A stretch of 64,000 nucleotides of DNA from an uncultured Candidatus Rokubacteria bacterium. GTDB taxonomy: Bacteria > Methylomirabilota > Methylomirabilia > Rokubacteriales > DASRDR01. Below, piece by piece: positions 60,667 to 64,000 of the stretch. A program made the translations under genes and the position numbers. How positions within the stretch are numbered: position 1 is the first letter of the stretch; every line of letters begins with the position of its first letter. The DNA is taken from positions 128,001 to 192,000 of the forward strand of contig CAWGVS010000006.1 in assembly GCA_963826115.1 (NCBI GenBank), read 5' to 3'. Under the pieces are notes generated by a model. That model worked only from the letters and a program-made list of their open reading frames with translations. It searched no databases and was not told where the DNA came from.

Positions 60667-61761
60667 ATGGCGAGCCGGGCCGGGGTCATCGGGTGGGCCG
60701 CCGGGGTGATCTCGACCGTGCTCGGCGCGCTCGCATTCGGCGCCGTGCTGTGCCTCTGGTTTCCCGCCGTGCTGACGACGCCCGCCCTCCGCGACATCTA
60801 CCCGATGGGCCTCGTGCGCGGGACGATCAAGTGGGCGCTCGGGGTGGCGTTCGTCCTCGGGGTGCTGAGCGTGCTCCTCAAGCGCCGGAAGGCGCTCGGC
60901 CTGACGGGCGCCGGCCTGGCCACGCTCGGTACCGTGCTCGGCGGCTCGCAGGTGGCGGTGGCGGAGCCGGTCGCGCGCTCGAGCCACATGGGGCTCGACT
61001 GGTTCCTGCTCGATCTGTTCCTCCTCTCCGCCATCTTCGTGCCGATCGAGCTCCTCTTCGGGCGCTTGCGCGAGCAGCCGATCTTCCGCCCCGGCTGGCG
61101 GACCGATCTCTGGCACTTCGGGGTGAGCCACCTCCTGATCCAGGTGACGGTCCTCCTCACCATGGCGCCGGCGGCCGTGTTCTTCCGCTGGGCGGCGGCC
61201 CCGGAGCTGCAGGCGGCCGTGGCGCGTCAGCCGTTCGTCCTCCAGTTCCTCGGCGTCCTGATCGTCGCGGACCTCACGCAGTACACGGTGCACCGTCTCT
61301 TCCACCAGATCCCGTGGCTCTGGCGGTTCCACCAGATCCACCACTCGAGCCGCTACATGGACTGGCTGGCCGGCTCCCGGCTGCACCTGATGGACATCGT
61401 GGTCACGCGCGGCCTGACGTTCGTGCCGATCTACGTGCTGGGCTTCGCGCCGGCCCCGACCTACGCCTACCTCCTCTTCGTCTCGTTCCAGGCCGTGCTG
61501 ATCCACGCCAACGTCGACTGGCGCTTCGGCCCGCTGCGCTACGTCCTGGCCACGCCCCAGTACCACCACTGGCATCACAGCGCGGACCGCATCGACGTGA
61601 ACTTCGCCGTGCACCTGCCGGTCATCGACGCGCTGTTCGGGACGTTCTACCTGCCCGCCGCCCGATGGCCCACGACCTACGGGATCCACGGGAACCCGGT
61701 GCCCGAGGGCTACTGGGCCCAGCTCGCCCTGCCGTTCCGCCGGACCCCGACTCCGGGGTAG
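60667..61761 (+). CDS. Sterol desaturase/fatty acid hydroxylase superfamily protein
   Basis: His boxes HRLFH, FHQIHHS, IHAN, YHHWHHS. Confidence 0.92.
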   Translation: MASRAGVIGWAAGVISTVLGALAFGAVLCLWFPAVLTTPALRDIYPMGLVRGTIKWALGVAFVLGVLSVLLKRRKALGLTGAGLATLGTVLGGSQVAVAEPVARSSHMGLDWFLLDLFLLSAIFVPIELLFGRLREQPIFRPGWRTDLWHFGVSHLLIQVTVLLTMAPAAVFFRWAAAPELQAAVARQPFVLQFLGVLIVADLTQYTVHRLFHQIPWLWRFHQIHHSSRYMDWLAGSRLHLMDIVVTRGLTFVPIYVLGFAPAPTYAYLLFVSFQAVLIHANVDWRFGPLRYVLATPQYHHWHHSADRIDVNFAVHLPVIDALFGTFYLPAARWPTTYGIHGNPVPEGYWAQLALPFRRTPTPG

Positions 61762-61939
61762 CGGCCGGTGATGAGACGTCGGCGGCGAACGTGCGCGCGC
61801 TCGGGGCCCGCCCGTCCTTGACCCCTCTCGGCGCCGAGGCTAGCCTGAGCGCAACGAAGACGTCGTCACCGGCCGCGTCGGGCTTCCGCCAGGCATCGAC
61901 CGGCGCCGCCCGAGCCTCGCTCCCGGAAGGAGATCGCGC

Positions 61940-62761
61940 ATGAACACCGCCACGGTCGCGTCCGCGACGCCCCGCCTGACCCCCGCCGAGCGCGCGGCGT
62001 ACGCGCGAGACGGCATCGTGATTCCGGAGGGTCGACTGTCGCCCGCCGCGGTCGGCCGGCTGCGCGAGGCGCTGGACCGGCTGATCGCCGACAATCCGGA
62101 TCGGCGGCCCGAGCAGCTGGTGAACGCCCACCTCCGCAAGGGACCGGAGGGGATCCGCGGAAACGACGTGTTCCTCGACATGGCCCGGGACCCGGCGATC
62201 GTCGATCTCGTGGCCGGACTCGTCGGCCCCGACGTCATCCTGTGGGGGTGCCAGGTGTTCTGCAAGCCCGGCGGCGACGGCATGGAGGTGCCGTGGCACC
62301 AGGACGGCCACTACTGGCCCATCCGACCCCTGGCCACGACGACCGCGTGGATCGCCATCGACGACTCCACGACCGAGAACGGCTGCATGCGCGTCATCCC
62401 CGGATCGCACACCCGCGGCCTCCTCCCCCACGCCAAGGCGCCGCGCGATCGCGTCGTGCTGGACCTGGAGGTCGACGCGACGGTCTACGACGAGTCGACG
62501 GCCCGCGACGTCGTGCTCGAGGCGGGACAGCTCTCCCTCCACGACGTCCACCTGATTCACGGCTCGCGGCCGAACCGCTCGCCGCGCCGCCGCGCCGGGC
62601 TGGCCATCCGTTACATGCCGGCCACTTCGCACTTCGATCGCACGATCCCGCCGATGACCAGCTACGGGACGGCCGTTATCGACTTCTCGCGGCGCCCGCT
62701 CTGGCTGGTCCGCGGCGGCGACCGGGCCGGCAACGACTTCGCCGTCGGACACGGCGGCTGA
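61940..62761 (+). CDS. Phytanoyl-CoA dioxygenase family Fe(II)/2OG dioxygenase
   Basis: PWHQD, WIAIDD, NGCMRVIPGSH, IHGSRPNRS. Confidence 0.93.
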   Translation: MNTATVASATPRLTPAERAAYARDGIVIPEGRLSPAAVGRLREALDRLIADNPDRRPEQLVNAHLRKGPEGIRGNDVFLDMARDPAIVDLVAGLVGPDVILWGCQVFCKPGGDGMEVPWHQDGHYWPIRPLATTTAWIAIDDSTTENGCMRVIPGSHTRGLLPHAKAPRDRVVLDLEVDATVYDESTARDVVLEAGQLSLHDVHLIHGSRPNRSPRRRAGLAIRYMPATSHFDRTIPPMTSYGTAVIDFSRRPLWLVRGGDRAGNDFAVGHGG

Positions 62762-62898
62762 CGGATCCGCGCGGCGGGAGCCCCCCGGCGCCGCAGGCGC
62801 CCCGTGGCGGTGCCCTCTGTCCGGCGCTCCCGGGACCGTGATAGCCTGAGGCACCCAATTCGCTCCTGCCGCGCACTCCGTGCCAAGGAGGTACGCAG

Positions 62899-64000
62899 AT
62901 GAGGAACGGTCCCCGCCTCGCACTGACCCTCGCGCTGGCCACGCTCGTCGCCCTCGGCGTTGCCGGAGCGGGCCCCGCGTCCGCCCAGGGGCAGACGATC
63001 AAGATCGGTCTGCTCTACGATCACACGGGCCCCTTCTCGGCCGCCGGGTCGCTCAACTGCTGGCGCGGCGCCAAGATGATGATCGAGCTCATCAACGAGA
63101 AGGGCGGCGTTCTCGGCAAGTACAAGATCGTCCAGGTCGACGGCGACAGCCAGTCGAAGACCGAGGCCGCGATCAACGAGACCGAGCGGCTCCTCAACGT
63201 CGAGAAGGTCGACATCCTGGCGGGCGTGTACTCGAGCGCACACGCGGTGCCGCTCGCCGAGAAGGTCGACAAGCAGAAGAAGTTCCTCTGGATCACGACG
63301 GCCATCGCGGACTCCGTCGTGAAGGACCGGAACCTCGAGTACACGTTCCGACCCCAGACGAACAGCGGCCTCTTCGGCGTCGCGTCAGTGCAGTACATCG
63401 CCGGCAACGCGCAGGAGAAGTTCAAGAAGGCGGCCAAGGATCTCCGGATCGCGATCATCTACGAGGATGGTCCCTACGGCGTCGGCGTGGCCAGCGCCAA
63501 CGAGGCGGAGGCCAAGCGCCAGGGCATGCAGATCGTCCTGAAGGAAGGCTACTCGGTCAGCGCGCCGGACCTCTCCTCGCTGGTGACGAAGCTGCGCGCC
63601 GCTCGTCCGGACGTGCTGTTCCACACCGGCTACAACCCCGACATCAACCTCCTCCTCCGCCAGAGCAAGGAGCAGGGTTTTCGTGTGAAGGCCTACATCG
63701 GGCACGGCGCCGGTCACAGCCAGCTCGACAAGCTGAAGGAGGCGTTCGGGAACGACGTCGAGGGCTTCCATTCGGTCGACCCGCCGGCGTCCCAGCTGAT
63801 CGACGCTAAGCAGCTCGCGCCCGGCGTTAGCGATCTTACCCAGGAGATGGTCAAGCGCTACAAGACCTTCGAGCCGAACATCCCTGTCGCGGCGATCGCG
63901 CCCCACGTCTCGATGGGCTTCAACAACATGTGGATCCTGCTGAACGACGTGGTGCCGCGGGCGATCCAGAAGCACGGTGGCTTCGGCCCGGATGCCCTCG
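62899..64000 (+). CDS. Branched-chain amino acid-type ABC substrate-binding protein (runs off window end)
   Basis: AAGGAGG RBS; manual translation gives a signal peptide, then TIKIGLLYDHTGPFSAAG...INEKGGVLGKYKI...GVYSS. Confidence 0.9.
   Translation, partial: MRNGPRLALTLALATLVALGVAGAGPASAQGQTIKIGLLYDHTGPFSAAGSLNCWRGAKMMIELINEKGGVLGKYKIVQVDGDSQSKTEAAINETERLLNVEKVDILAGVYSSAHAVPLAEKVDKQKKFLWITTAIADSVVKDRNLEYTFRPQTNSGLFGVASVQYIAGNAQEKFKKAAKDLRIAIIYEDGPYGVGVASANEAEAKRQGMQIVLKEGYSVSAPDLSSLVTKLRAARPDVLFHTGYNPDINLLLRQSKEQGFRVKAYIGHGAGHSQLDKLKEAFGNDVEGFHSVDPPASQLIDAKQLAPGVSDLTQEMVKRYKTFEPNIPVAAIAPHVSMGFNNMWILLNDVVPRAIQKHGGFGPDAL

Overview
High-GC (roughly 70%+) bacterial chromosomal window with about 62 protein-coding genes and one tRNA(CAT). 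Gene content and composition resemble Ca. Rokubacteria/Methylomirabilota, which is an inference. I found no IS, prophage, rRNA or CRISPR array. Housekeeping content includes a thiolase/OB-fold/SDR cluster, two CPA2 (Kef-like) antiporters, uvrA, a pterin block (GT2, two PTPS, folE, SDR), iscA-moaD-moaE-tilS, an NtrC-type regulator, mgtE, apgM, acs, a divergent pentose-phosphate cluster, a partial fdrA cluster and ABC transporter genes. The most unusual elements are: (i) a sigma-54-driven pair of paralogous proteins with four MshEN-like motifs and a long coiled coil where a T2SS/T4P ATPase would normally be; (ii) an operon of two PNPOx-fold proteins and a GAF-class III cyclase; (iii) an outer-membrane protein whose barrel and peptidoglycan-binding domain are joined by a ~125-aa silk-like Gly/Ala/Pro repeat; (iv) a GH19 muramidase with a protamine-like tail; (v) a 63%-acidic microprotein divergent from the tRNA; (vi) a membrane-anchored half-PII-like peptide between the Kef genes. 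Four +1 frameshifts, and possibly a fifth, look like consensus artefacts. All calls come from reading motifs by eye; no database searches were run.
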